Source: Tetramitus jugosus
Taxonomy: Eukaryota; Protista; Heterolobosea
Reading direction: 5' to 3'
Length of the DNA stretch: 64,000 bases
NCBI GenBank assembly: GCA_937625935.1
Contig: OW569364.1
Location: forward strand, 372,001-436,000
Position 1 is the stretch's first letter; each line of letters begins with the position of its first letter. The notes beneath the pieces are model-generated. The model saw only the letters and a list, made by a program, of their open reading frames with translations, did no database searches and was not told the DNA's origin. The position numbers and the translations under genes are program-made. Shown piece after piece: positions 10,152 to 21,673 of this stretch.

Positions 10152-11627
10152 ATGACATCACCCACCACCAGTGACAACGACAGCCAACAGTCCACCACTG
10201 CTGTTGAACAGGAAGAGGCAGAACAGGGACGAACCATCACAGACAATTCTTCTTCTTCCTCATCACCACTATCAAGCACTTCAACACCAACTGCCGAAAC
10301 AGAGGAAACTTCATCATCACCAGCGGCAGCTCACATTTCCAATAATCTTCCCGCCACAACGGTCAATCGAAATTTATCTCCGCATACACTGAGCGCCGAC
10401 AACACTACAGAATCATCATTCAACACGCAAAATAATCATCATCATCACCATACAACAAATACACAAAATCATCTACCACCATCAGATCATGTAACAACAA
10501 CACACCAACTACAACAACAACCAACAACAGTTCATGTGGTTGATCCAAAAGTTGCCTTCCACCCTTTGATCCCATCACTCATTCAATCACAATTTCAATT
10601 CTTGAATCCACTCATCAATCCAACACCACCACCATTCACCGCACAACCATTTCTCATTTCACCACCACAGGCCATGATTCATGAAAAGTATTGTTCAGAA
10701 ATGACACAATATTGGAATTCTCAACAAGTACAACAACAGAGCAACAATAACAATACGAGTGGTGGTGAATTTTTTTCGCCCATGATGGTGGAAACGGAAT
10801 ATGAACAAAACAATGCTCCACTATTGCAAATGAACACTGTTCACATTATGCAACTCAAAGAATTGAACACAATGGATGACATGTTGGACGATTATGTGAA
10901 ACAGATGCAGTATCAATTGATTGGAAACTCAAATTCTGCACTGTCGGCATCGGCTGCTGTTGCAATGGACTCCAAGGATGGTATCATGATGGACCAAGTG
11001 ATGAAACAACAAGGTGGTGGTGGTCGAAACGCATCCAGTAGTTCTTCCACTGCACCCAACAACAATGGTTCTTCTGTTGTCAATGGTATGGCTTCTCCAT
11101 CAAACAATAACATCAACAATAGAAAGAGTGGGTCCATAGGAGGAGGAGGAGGAGGTCACATACCATCATCACTCGATCAACAACAACAGCAACAACAGGG
11201 AATGGTTGGTGATGGTCAAGCATCATCTGATTTGAATGGTAGTATGATGGGTGGCAGTAACAGTAATGGTTCCAATGTATCTGCTGCGGCTGAAATGGCA
11301 ACCCCCATCTGGGACAGGGACACTCTGGAGAAAATGTACAGTGACAAGGTGAATTTTGTGGTCAAGAAGAAGAAGAACTTTACAAAGGAGATTATTGCCA
11401 TGCTCGACAATTATTTCTTTGGTCATTTGCATGATCCGTATCCGTGCGATCAAGACAAACAGATGCTCATGGAACAGACTGGATTGTCATTGAGACAATT
11501 GAACACTTGGTTCGGTAACAAGAGAATGAGATATAAGAGAAAAATGTTGAAGCAGCAACAATCATTGAACAATGCTACAGGAGGAGGACACGATGTCGAT
11601 TCTGACGATGAAGATGACGATGAGTAA
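10152..11627 (+). CDS. TALE-class homeodomain transcription factor, PBX-like
   Basis: HLHDPYP three-residue loop extension and helix 3 LNTWFGNKRMRYKRK (WFGN = PBX signature); first ATG at 10152. Confidence 0.92.
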   Translation: MTSPTTSDNDSQQSTTAVEQEEAEQGRTITDNSSSSSSPLSSTSTPTAETEETSSSPAAAHISNNLPATTVNRNLSPHTLSADNTTESSFNTQNNHHHHHTTNTQNHLPPSDHVTTTHQLQQQPTTVHVVDPKVAFHPLIPSLIQSQFQFLNPLINPTPPPFTAQPFLISPPQAMIHEKYCSEMTQYWNSQQVQQQSNNNNTSGGEFFSPMMVETEYEQNNAPLLQMNTVHIMQLKELNTMDDMLDDYVKQMQYQLIGNSNSALSASAAVAMDSKDGIMMDQVMKQQGGGGRNASSSSSTAPNNNGSSVVNGMASPSNNNINNRKSGSIGGGGGGHIPSSLDQQQQQQQGMVGDGQASSDLNGSMMGGSNSNGSNVSAAAEMATPIWDRDTLEKMYSDKVNFVVKKKKNFTKEIIAMLDNYFFGHLHDPYPCDQDKQMLMEQTGLSLRQLNTWFGNKRMRYKRKMLKQQQSLNNATGGGHDVDSDDEDDDE

Positions 11628-11701
11628 AATAAATTATTGATATCTAAGAATAATGTGCAAGCTCACACCAAAAAAATCAGAACAAACACGAAAAAAACAA
11701 A

Positions 11702-12571
11702 ATGGCACAACAAAATCAAATTCGCGTCGGTATCATTGGTTATGGCAATCTTGGACAATATTTGGCAAAGGGAATTTTGGAGGACGAGTCCATCAAGAAA
11801 TTGTTCACTCTGACCTTTGTGTACAACAGAACGGAATCAAAGATGTCCGCTCTTCCCGCCACTGTTCACAAAATCTCCGATTTACAGACACAACTGTCAA
11901 CAGTGCCAGAGGTGGATCTGATTGTTGAAGTTTCACATCCAAATATTATTCAAGAATTTGGCGCCAAATTTTTGGAGCGCGCCGATTTGTTTGTCGGTTC
12001 ACCTACAGCTCTAGCTAAAGAGAGCTGCGAGCAAGAGCTAAAGAGTGCATCCAACACACACAATCGCACCATTTACATTCCTAGTGGTGCGTTGTGGGGC
12101 GCTAATGACATTGCTAAAATGTCAGAGAGAAACACACTTGGCGCGTTGTGTATCACAATGGCCAAACATCCCTCAAGTCTCAAGCTAGAGAAGCCATTGA
12201 GCGATAAGGTGGATGCCTATATTGCTGACGAGAGTGCAAGTGGACCAATTACCATCTATGAAGGAAATGTGAGAGATTTGTGTCCATTGGCTCCCAACAA
12301 TGTCAATACAATGGCTTGTGCTGCGATTGCCGGCGAGTCATTGGGATTTGGAGGAGTTCAGGCAAAATTGATTGCTGACAAGTCTTTGGAGGCTCATGTG
12401 ATCGATATTGATGTCCAGGGTATTAACAACAATGGATTTAGAGTTCAAACAGAGAGATACAATCCAGCACAGGTTGGTGCTGTGACTGGCAATGCTACCT
12501 ACGTGTCATTCTTGGGCAGTATGAGAGCTTGTGCCAACACGAGAAACAATGGTGGATTTTGTTTGTGCTAG
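11702..12571 (+). CDS. ASPDH: L-aspartate dehydrogenase domain-containing protein (ASPDH/NadX family)
   Basis: Rossmann GYGNLG; DLIVEVSHP; GSPTAL; PSGALWGANDI; MAKHP; LCPLAPNNVNTMA; C-terminal xLC. Confidence 0.93.
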   Translation: MAQQNQIRVGIIGYGNLGQYLAKGILEDESIKKLFTLTFVYNRTESKMSALPATVHKISDLQTQLSTVPEVDLIVEVSHPNIIQEFGAKFLERADLFVGSPTALAKESCEQELKSASNTHNRTIYIPSGALWGANDIAKMSERNTLGALCITMAKHPSSLKLEKPLSDKVDAYIADESASGPITIYEGNVRDLCPLAPNNVNTMACAAIAGESLGFGGVQAKLIADKSLEAHVIDIDVQGINNNGFRVQTERYNPAQVGAVTGNATYVSFLGSMRACANTRNNGGFCLC

Positions 12572-12599
12572 AGATCTTCTTTTTTGATAAATGAATTTA

Positions 12600-14075
12600 T
12601 TATTCCAAGACACTGATTTGTTCGTCAGCAGACAATTCAGCATACTTTCCAGAGGCAGCCCTAAATAAGCGATCAAACAATGAATCGGCATGTTCCAGCG
12701 ACAGTTCCATCAAGTTTGGCAATAGAATGAGCTTTGCGCTTTCAACCTTTTCACTCTCTCTCAATATTTTGAACACTGTGGTTCTTGCTTCTGATACATC
12801 ACCACTTGGAGACAAGTCCATGTAGGCAATGGCAGAAGATGCCAAATGTGAGAGCTTACCACCAAAATCCACAATCACAGACTCATTCACAGCGATATTT
12901 TGCTGTATGGAGCGTTCTTTTTGGTCGTTGGAGCTTCTGAGAAGATAGGCTGGCACGTATGGTGCATAATGAGTCAACATTTGACCAGGTGAGGACTGAT
13001 TCTGTGTAGTGTCATTGCTCACGCTATGATCCTTGGCAACGACACGAACTTCCACCTTTAATTGGAAGGGGTTTGATTCAGAGGTCGATTCCTCGAATTC
13101 TCGCGCAGCTTGCTGTAGTTGTTCAACAGATACACCGCCTCTTCTCAAAATATACAACACAACCGTGTCGGGGTCGGAGTCGGAAGAATTTTCATTGGCG
13201 GAGTCCATATCCACCTTGACTACAGTGCTTTCAATACCGATTCTACACGTGCGATTCAATTCTTCCTCATAAGAGGATTTGAGCACATAAATCAAGTGAT
13301 CTTCATCCTCACCCAAATCATCCATCACATGTTGAGCTCTCGTAGGTGAAACGTGTCCAAATCGATTGGCACTTGGAGCTGCAATAGCTACACCAGAATG
13401 TTTCAATAGCTTCCGTGCCAAATCATGCTCAGGACACCTCACACCCACAAAACCAGTCTCTGCAGTGACGCAACTTGGTATCTTGTCATCATTTGCCCTT
13501 GTAACCATGGTCAATGGACCAGGCCAGAATTTTGCCGCCAAAAATCGATAAATGGTCAATACATGATCATTGATGGAGATGAGTGGAATGGCAGAATCAA
13601 CGTCCAACACGTGAACAATGACTGGATCAGTCAATGGTCTCTTTTTTGCATCAAAAATACTGTAAACAGCTGCTTCATCAAGGGCATTGGCACCCAATCC
13701 ATAAACTGTCTCAGTGGGGAAGGCAACGAGACCTCCTTGTCTCAAATGTTGGCTGCACAAGTCAAGAATAGCAGTGTTGTGAGTAGAGGTTTCTGCTTCA
13801 TGTTCCTCAAATGTGACAATTTGAGATTTTGTTGTTGTTGTTGTTGTACTTGCGCTCATTGTGGAAAATTGTTTTCTTTGTTGTTGTCGTTGTTCTTGTT
13901 GAGTGTTGTTGTAATTGTTCGTTTGTTGGTGGTGGAAATGGATTGTTGTTGATGAATGAGAAAATGGAGGCAAGGATGTGAGATGGTGGTAGTATCGGTT
14001 GTTTGCGTTCCAAACTCCAAGTGATGTTCGCTTGATGATACTGGCGTGATGTCGTTTGGTGAAAATGAACTGCAT
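12600..14075 (-). CDS. SUA5: Threonylcarbamoyl-AMP synthase Sua5 (YrdC + SUA5 domains) with putative mitochondrial presequence
   Basis: VAFPTETVYGLGANA, KKRP..DP.IVH, FWPGPLT, AAPSANRFG..SPT, GIESTV, SPGQMLTHYAP, DRLFRAA; first ATG 14075, second in-frame ATG 13859. Confidence 0.96.
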   Translation of the reverse strand: MQFIFTKRHHASIIKRTSLGVWNANNRYYHHLTSLPPFSHSSTTIHFHHQQTNNYNNTQQEQRQQQRKQFSTMSASTTTTTTKSQIVTFEEHEAETSTHNTAILDLCSQHLRQGGLVAFPTETVYGLGANALDEAAVYSIFDAKKRPLTDPVIVHVLDVDSAIPLISINDHVLTIYRFLAAKFWPGPLTMVTRANDDKIPSCVTAETGFVGVRCPEHDLARKLLKHSGVAIAAPSANRFGHVSPTRAQHVMDDLGEDEDHLIYVLKSSYEEELNRTCRIGIESTVVKVDMDSANENSSDSDPDTVVLYILRRGGVSVEQLQQAAREFEESTSESNPFQLKVEVRVVAKDHSVSNDTTQNQSSPGQMLTHYAPYVPAYLLRSSNDQKERSIQQNIAVNESVIVDFGGKLSHLASSAIAYMDLSPSGDVSEARTTVFKILRESEKVESAKLILLPNLMELSLEHADSLFDRLFRAASGKYAELSADEQISVLE

Positions 14076-14167
14076 GGAATGAATTGAACTTTTATGGCGC
14101 GAAAACAAACCAAAAATTTGGGAAAAAATTACCGCGCGGAAATTTCACAAACAAATACTAATATCGA

Positions 14168-14238
14168 TCTCCTATGGTCTAGTGGTATGATAGCGGACTT
14201 TGAATCCGTTGACGGTGGTTCGATTCCACCTAGGAGAA
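14168..14238 (+). tRNA. tRNA-Gln(UUG)
   Basis: TCTCCTA/TAGGAGA acceptor stem, TGGTCTAGTGG A-box, GCGGA-CTTTGAA-TCCGT anticodon arm, GGTGG-TTCGATT-CCACC T-arm, followed by a T5 terminator (14240-14244). Confidence 0.95.
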
Positions 14239-14278
14239 CTTTTTGTTGCCATGACTTCGGTTGTAAAAAATATGTGCT

Positions 14279-16460
14279 TCATAATTTAATGGATACAATG
14301 TTAATGTCTGCTCCAAATTCGATTGGTTGACCATTTTGTAGATATGGATTATCCGGACGTTGTTCTGGTGGATCAGACTCGGTGGAATGTTCAACACTGA
14401 TGGCACCACAATCGAAGAAATCATCTAGCGCAGACGCAAGAACGCTGCTCTTGTTGGTTGTGGACAATTCAGAGTTCTCTTGACGTCTATTGCGAGATCG
14501 GTATGAATGTAGTTGCTTTGGATCCAGGGTTTTGGAATAGCTTACTTTTTCATCATCGTTTGACAGACCACTCAAATCCAATCCTACTATTGGGCTTTTG
14601 TGTCCTCTGCCAAGCTCGATTTTAGGAACATCAGTAGGGGAGACTGGAATCTCATCCCGGAACTGACTGTATTGGAGAACTTTGTCGTCATTGGATCTTC
14701 GAAGAGAAAACTTTCGGCGTAACATCTTGGCAGATAAAGCCGGTCGTTGTCTCAATGGGTCAGCCTTGTCGGCGCTCTTGACATTTGGGTTGTTCGATCT
14801 CAAGTTATCAGTTTGTGTTCGAATTTCTGAATAAATCTCATCTCTCTGTTGTTCAGATGATGCCATGAATGTTATCACTTCATTCTTTGTTACTAGGTCG
14901 AATTTTAATTTACAGTCTTCGCATTCATGCAATTGCTTATTGTCGGCGCATTTGACATTCTTGTCAGGCCATGGAATCGGTTCTTCTGTAAACATGAAGT
15001 GAGCCTTGTACTTGCCTCTACGGCACACAATAATCATATCCGAAAAGATTATCAACCGAATATGTTTAAACACATGACTCATTTTCGAACTTTCGCGCAA
15101 CCATTTGACATTGATATGGGATGACACGAATTTTCGATGTGCCTGAATCAAGTCAACCTTGCCATCCAAACCGTGAATCTCATCTCGAAGCTCGATAATC
15201 TTGAGTCGATTCTCCCATTCTGCCACAGATGCATTCACATAATCGGCTACCCCCTTTGTTTGATCTCGTGCTGAACGAATCAGAGAATAATCTCTTGATG
15301 TTTCTTCCATGTTCTTTAATAGTTCCTGTTATGTTGAAAACATACAATAAGAAAATCAAAGAGTTAGCTTCCTTCTTGACTACAAATTCAACATGCACAA
15401 AATTGCAATTTAGACAGTTTTTACATACAGTCAACAACAAGTGATATCTTGTTAATCTCTGAGCAGGAGTAATCAAATATTGATTCATCGTATTCTTCTT
15501 CAATGCTCTCATTTCCTTCTCTCTCTGCTTCAAAAATTGATTCAACACGGTATTCGACTTTAAAATCTCGGTCAACCGAGTAATTGTCCGATTGTAATTC
15601 GTAATAAAAGAAGTGTAGGTCTTGAACATGGGAGCCATATTTTGAAAAATTAGACCAATGTGATGAATCTCATCCACTCTATTGTTCGTGCTATTCACGA
15701 TACGTTGTTCCAACTCACTCAACAATTGTTGATTTACCCTGATAATGACATTGATGGGTGCAAACATGGAGCTCCACTCGTGAACCAATCTTCTCTTGTC
15801 TGAAAACGATGGAGAGACATCTACTCTACCAATGGCTGTTGTTGTTGAGGTCATCATTGTACCCTGATGATGAGACAACAAATTCTTCATTGGAATGACA
15901 TACTGATTCACCAGCAGTGTCAATCCTTCGACAAATGTTCTCTCTGTTGCTATAATCTCGTCAATAACATCTCTTCTCGCTTTTTGAAGCTTATCTACTT
16001 CTTCTTCTCCTTCCTCTACCATAGTCGTTATCACTTCTTCGCATGTTGTGCCATTGTTGCTCTCTTCTAATAAATTAAATTGTGTTTGCTCCAAGGGAAG
16101 GATGGGAGACACTGCCAGTGTCATCTTCTTCTTTTTATCGAGGTGGTGGTTATGGTTCTTTACTGGGGTGACACCACCAGGCGACTCCATTGTAAACAAA
16201 TCATCAAAAATCAACAATTCTCCTGTAGTTTGTTTCACACTGTGTCGCTTACAAGGAGGAGTCATGGAGGAGCTGCCATTGGAATACAAATCAAAGTTGA
16301 TTGAATCTTCGTCGTCGTTAGCATGGTCATTGTCGTATGTGATGATGGGGAGGGGATGGTTGGCTCTCCATATCATGTGATTTTCCAAGCTCTTGTTCAG
16401 GTCGTTTTTACTAAAGGATCGATAGAGTCGATTGGGCGTTTTGAAGCTCTGAAAGGACAT
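14279..16460 (-). CDS. Rho guanine-nucleotide exchange factor (DH-PH), 2 exons (intron 15326-15428)
   Basis: DH motifs RRDVIDEIIATERTFVEGL and YLITPAQRLTRYHLLL. GTATGT...GCTAAC...ACAG intron joins LLLT|ELLKNMEE in frame; PH domain follows (IFSDMIIV). Confidence 0.92.
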
Positions 16461-16992
16461 GTCCTATGTGTTTCGGTTTTTAGGTTTTTAGTTTTTGTTA
16501 GTTGTTATCTGTTGTTATCTGTGTTGTTAGCTGTTGTTGTTGATGGTTGCTGTTGCTGTTGTTTGTTGTTCCAAGTCAATAGGAGGATTCTAATTCGAAC
16601 TTGAGAGAGTAGCTCTTTGTTTGGTGGTCGTAGTTGATTGCGGTGGTTGTGCGCAGTTTAGGGTTTTTTGTTTGAGGGAGATTTGCTTGATCGATTCTTC
16701 CTGTAATTCAAAAAAAGTATTGTGCACAACAGTATTGTGACTTGTTTGTGGTTTGGGACAGTTGTTTATGATAAAGTCCAGCCTTCGTTTGAATTTATTT
16801 CTCAATTCAAGTGCAGCAATTTGTTGGAAGAGACAAATTTTGGGTGTATTCTGAGAGAAGACACCGAACAAAGCACGGACATGCTCAAGATTCTCTCGGT
16901 TTTTAGGGATTCTATTTTTTGACAGCGTCCAAAAGAGATTCCCAGAGGGTGTTTTTGTAATTCCTTATCCAAACAGTCACTAACAAACCTCG

Positions 16993-19900
16993 CTAAAGAA
17001 TCGAAGTGTTTCTGTCACTCGTAGATCCTCTGGACACGCTTCTTGGTGTCAATTGTTGTTCGTTGTAATCCACGTTATGTTTGAATGACGAAATGGAGTC
17101 TTCGAGTGACATTCTTCGGTCAGCTGTCATACTCTCGTTCTTGATATCCTTGATACTCTTGATGGATTTCCGGACTTGCTGAACCACTCCAGTATGCTTG
17201 AAGAGATAAGTTTTGATATTGTTCAACTCTTGCGTCACCTTTTCGTTCTGCTCCATCAAACTCGTGTTTTCTCTCCTGAGGTCCTGGATTTCATTTTGAC
17301 CAGAGTCTGACTTTGTTTTTATCTCTCGTAACTTGCGCTTCAAATCCTTGTTCGTTTGCTTGTAATAAAAGTTATCTTTGTCGAGCATAAGTATTTGATC
17401 ATCCTTTAAGCGCATCATGGACTCAACCTTCATACGATCAATTCCATCTTGATTCAGAATTTCCTCTCCCACAACTCCTTCGTTCATTGCCCGAGTTTGA
17501 GTATTGGACAAGGATGAATTCTTTTCCTGGAGTGCAGATATTTGTTTGAGTAGATATTGGATCTTTAGCTCGTTTTCCTTCTGTTGTTTCGTCAGTTTTC
17601 GCTCGTAGACCATCTCGGTCAAACGAATGTTATTTTGTAGGTTCTCTATAATCTTGTCTCTCTCCTCCATCACCATATCCATTTGTTGTATCTTGGATTC
17701 TTTCTTTTGTTCCTCCTCTTTTAATTCAATAACCTTCTCAAAGTATTTCTTCAGCATTTGCTTCGCGTCCGCGAGGTCGGTAACCTCTGCATGACCCATT
17801 GTCGTGGAACTTCCGTCATCATGAATCTCTCTTTCAGCTTGAGCGATAGCCTCGTTCTTAAACTCAATCTCTGCGTCTAATACCTCCGTTCTCTCCTCCA
17901 GTTCTCGTAGTGCTGCTTCTTCCGCATACTCTTGAACCTTAGCTTTCTCTTCTAAAACCAATTTCTGATTCAGAGCTCTTTCTCTCTTTTCTCGCAAGTA
18001 GGTGATTTCGTCATTCACAGTTTGGAGCGATTTACCCTCCACCTTTAAAGTTCCGGAACTGTTTGTTCCTCTCCTTCCTCTTAATTCACTCTCCTTCTCA
18101 GCAATTTGCTTATCCAGTTGCTCAATTTGCTTCTGGAGTCCATTTATCCCTTGATGCATCACCTGACTGGATCTCATTTTTTGTTCTTCTAACTTTTGCT
18201 TCGTGAGAATCATATTCTCTTTTTCCTTGATAATAGTCTCTCTTCTTTTTAATTCCTTCTCAAGCAGCTCCATCGTTTCCTTTTTCTTCAGATACTTTTC
18301 AATTTCTCTATCCAACCAAGCTTTTTGTTTGTCAATCTCGGTTGAGATTGATCTATCTCTATTCATTTTGTATCTAGTGAGTTGAGCTTGGGCTCTTTGT
18401 ATTTCTTCTGTCCTTTTCCGGAGTACGAGCTTCTGTTTCGTGTTTTCAGATTCCAGCTCTTTAATCCTCTTGTAACTGTTGTCCGTTTCTTTTCGTAGAT
18501 CGTTGATTTGCCTAGCTTGTTGTTGACTTTGTTCTGCTTGTTTATCAGCCTCGTCCTTTATCTTCTTCTTTAAGAACTCTTGTTGAGACTTCATACGATT
18601 AATCTCACTCTCTAACTCCCTAACCTTCTTATCACTTTGATATTTCTCCCTAATTAATCGTTCACTGTCGTGTTGTTTCTTCTTGAGATCAACTAACTGT
18701 TGATTCTTCTTTTTCAACCTCGATTCGAATTCAGCTAAAATGCGCGTTCTCTCTCTTTCTTTGTTTACCTTATCCATATCTGCAGCTTCCAGATCCCGAA
18801 CAAGTTTCTCCATCTCTTGCTGAGTTGATGTTACTTCATTCTCCATCTTCTGAATCTTATCTTCATAATTTTGCTTGATAACTTGGGACTCGGTGTCACT
18901 CTGCATTAAATCACGAATCAGCTCCTCCTTCAAACGTATCATTAGGGTAAGGTCCTTCAGATTTTTTTGCATCTTCCGTTGATTTCGAAGAAAGGATTTG
19001 TGTTGGTCTCGGATCTGTTGTTCAATTTGCTGCTTTTGCTCTTCTATTCTGTTCTTTTCCTCCAGAATTTTTTGTTTTTCCTCTTGAAGTTGCTCTTCGA
19101 TGTCAATTCTGGATTCATCTCTCGAATTATCTTCTATTATTTGGATAGAATCATCTAATTTACTAGCTTCTAACTGATCTATCTGAGGCCTAGGTTGTTC
19201 AGACAATCTCTTGATTTCATTCTCAACTTGTTCCTTAAGAAGTTGATTATCTTTTTTCAAATCTAGATTTTGCTTGTTTAACCTCTTAATCTCTCGCATC
19301 TTCTCTGAGAAAATTTTCTCGTCTCTACTCAAATCATCTTTAGCTTCTTTGAGTTCTTTCTGTAAATGAAGATAGTCTCTTCTGTTCACAATAATTTCAT
19401 CACTAGGACTTTCGGTCTCGACATACGACACCCTAAACGCTTGATTTAAGTCGCCTATCTCTCCCCGAGATGAAGAATGATTAGCAAATAAACGAGGTGC
19501 GCTAGTTGGTCTTCCTGCCATTATTTTCAGGGAGGGTTCAGTTCGAGAAAGTTCCTCAAGTTTCGTGATGATTTCTCGAAGAGCTTGCTTCTGCTCCGTT
19601 GTCAAAGGTGATTTTGACTCAAACAATTTCAACAATTCGATAGCAGCTTTTAGATCCGTTTTTAACTGATAGAGTCTTACTGCATACTTATCTTTCTCGG
19701 ATTGAACATTCAAAATGCTGTCAGATATTTTCGATACTGCTTCAGTAGCCTTATCTAATTCTAGTTGAAGTTTGTCATTCTCAAACTTCAACGATCGATT
19801 TTGTTGCTGAAGTTGAGAATGTTGCTCAGTATTGAGCGAACCATTTCCCGATGATCTTGCTTGAAGTTCCAACAAATGTTTTCTCATATGTTCGTTCTGT

Positions 19901-21480
19901 AGTAACTCCTCAAGAGTTGCGCTATCTCCTCCCTCATTTTGTAGTTTTTGCTTAAGAAGCTCAAGTTGAAGAGCGCTGATTTGATCTTTTAGTCGTCCTA
20001 GTTGAGCTGAATGCGGATCTGTGTTCACAACAGGTTTGTTCTTAATATTTCTAGCTCGATTAGCATATTTTAGAGTGTTTAACGTTTCTTGAAAACTCGA
20101 GTCTGCAGGACTAACGCAAGCAATCATAACTGTTCGACTGTTTCCACCTAAAGAATCTTGCAATAATCGAGTTAATTTACTATCTCGATAGGGAACGTGA
20201 GTGATTGTCCCTCTCTTTTTATCGTCTCCCAATGCACTAATTACGTTGCCGAGAGCGAGTAATCCCGCATTAATTTGAACTGCCTCTTTAAATCGAATGC
20301 CTTGCGCTCCTGTTCTCTTGTTTCTCTCTGAACCTGCAAGATCAACAAGATGAAACTTCGCCATTTTGTATCCATCGCTTCCATCTTTCTGTTCTACCTT
20401 CGATTCTGATATCCTTTGTTCGAGAATTATAGTAAAGATAGAATGCGATCGACTTGATGTTTCATTCATTAAAGTACAACCAACTGTCCGGTGAATTGAT
20501 CCGGTTTCTACACATTTTATCATCTCCTCGTACGACGTAACAACCTCCTCTTTGATATTACTAATCACTATTCCTCTATTTTCATCTTCTCGAACAACTA
20601 AGGTCTTTGGCGGAGTATCAGGCGACAACAAGTCTTTTATACTTTCGTTGTAAATCTCGTAAAAGGAAACTCTAACCATGTATTCGATTTCGTTACTTGA
20701 TTCCTAAATGCAACAAAGAATGAGAACAATCCCTCATAACACAAAACAATCAGGTTAAAAGAACTCTTACATCTATCTTATCAAATAATTGTTGAATCAC
20801 TCTTGGAATAATACCGATGTCTTCTGATCCAAAAGCAGCATAGTTTGAAGTTCCCATTGTGAAAGTCTTTCCTGATCCCTATTGAATGTTGTACACAACG
20901 ATTAGAATCTGTCATGATGCTGAAGCGAAAAATGGATGTTTGACATATGACATACTGTTTGACCGTAGGCTAACACTGTGGCATTGTATCCTTGAAATAT
21001 GCTATCCACTAAGGGTTGAACACAAGTTGAATATATGGTTTTCTAACAAAACAAGAAGTAAGTAAGGTTTGACTCTTTTTCCAACATTATTGATGCAATG
21101 GCGATACTCACTTGATGGATATTCTTGTCAAATGCATAATCAAATCTATATCCTCTGCTGTTTCCCACATTCACTTGATTTATTGATTTATCAACAGTTA
21201 CGCACTCCACATCCTTCTCAATCTTTTCTTTATTTAATAGAGGTCTCACCTATTGATCAAAGTTGAGTTAATGATCATTGGTAACTCGGATTTAAAAAAC
21301 CAATCCACAAGAAAGACATGAGAAACTTACCCGAACAGCTACTCGAACACTTCCAAAGTTGCTCGATGAATCTGCACTTTCCTGTGGTGATGATGATGAA
21401 TTCGAAGTCGTCACGGTGGAGGCAGTTAGTGATGCAGGAGTTTGTTGTGATGACGATGGATTCACCATCATGGGTTTCAT
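16993..21480 (-). CDS. Kinesin-4, KIF27/KIF7-like; 5 exons (introns 21250-21330, 21043-21111, 20879-20955, 20704-20770)
   Basis: Spliced motor: VRVAVR|[23 protein letters not shown]|[44 protein letters not shown]. Tail motifs [19 protein letters not shown] and [14 protein letters not shown] resemble KIF27/KIF7. Confidence 0.93.
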
Positions 21481-21673
21481 TATCTTTGCGTATGGTATCA
21501 GAGAGGATTGATTTTTGTATGACGGCCGTTTGAACTAGCTTCCTTCGTTTCTTTCTGCGACTTGGCGCCAATTTCAAACAGTTTTCTGTAGCTTGGGGCA
21601 AAGAATAATTTCCGCTCCGATGCATGGACGATGAGAAAGAAAAAGAGAAGCAGTGCCTGAAACCTGAAATTGT

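Noticed and set aside
12600-14238. Functional link between Sua5 and the adjacent tRNA gene
   Set aside because: t6A modifies ANN-decoding tRNAs; tRNA-Gln(UUG) is not a substrate, so adjacency is probably chance.
16590-16871. 93-aa ORF upstream of the RhoGEF; likewise 28229-28483 and 29662-30231
   Set aside because: No homology cues; A/C-rich leader-like or antisense low-complexity composition; likely UTR or promoter.
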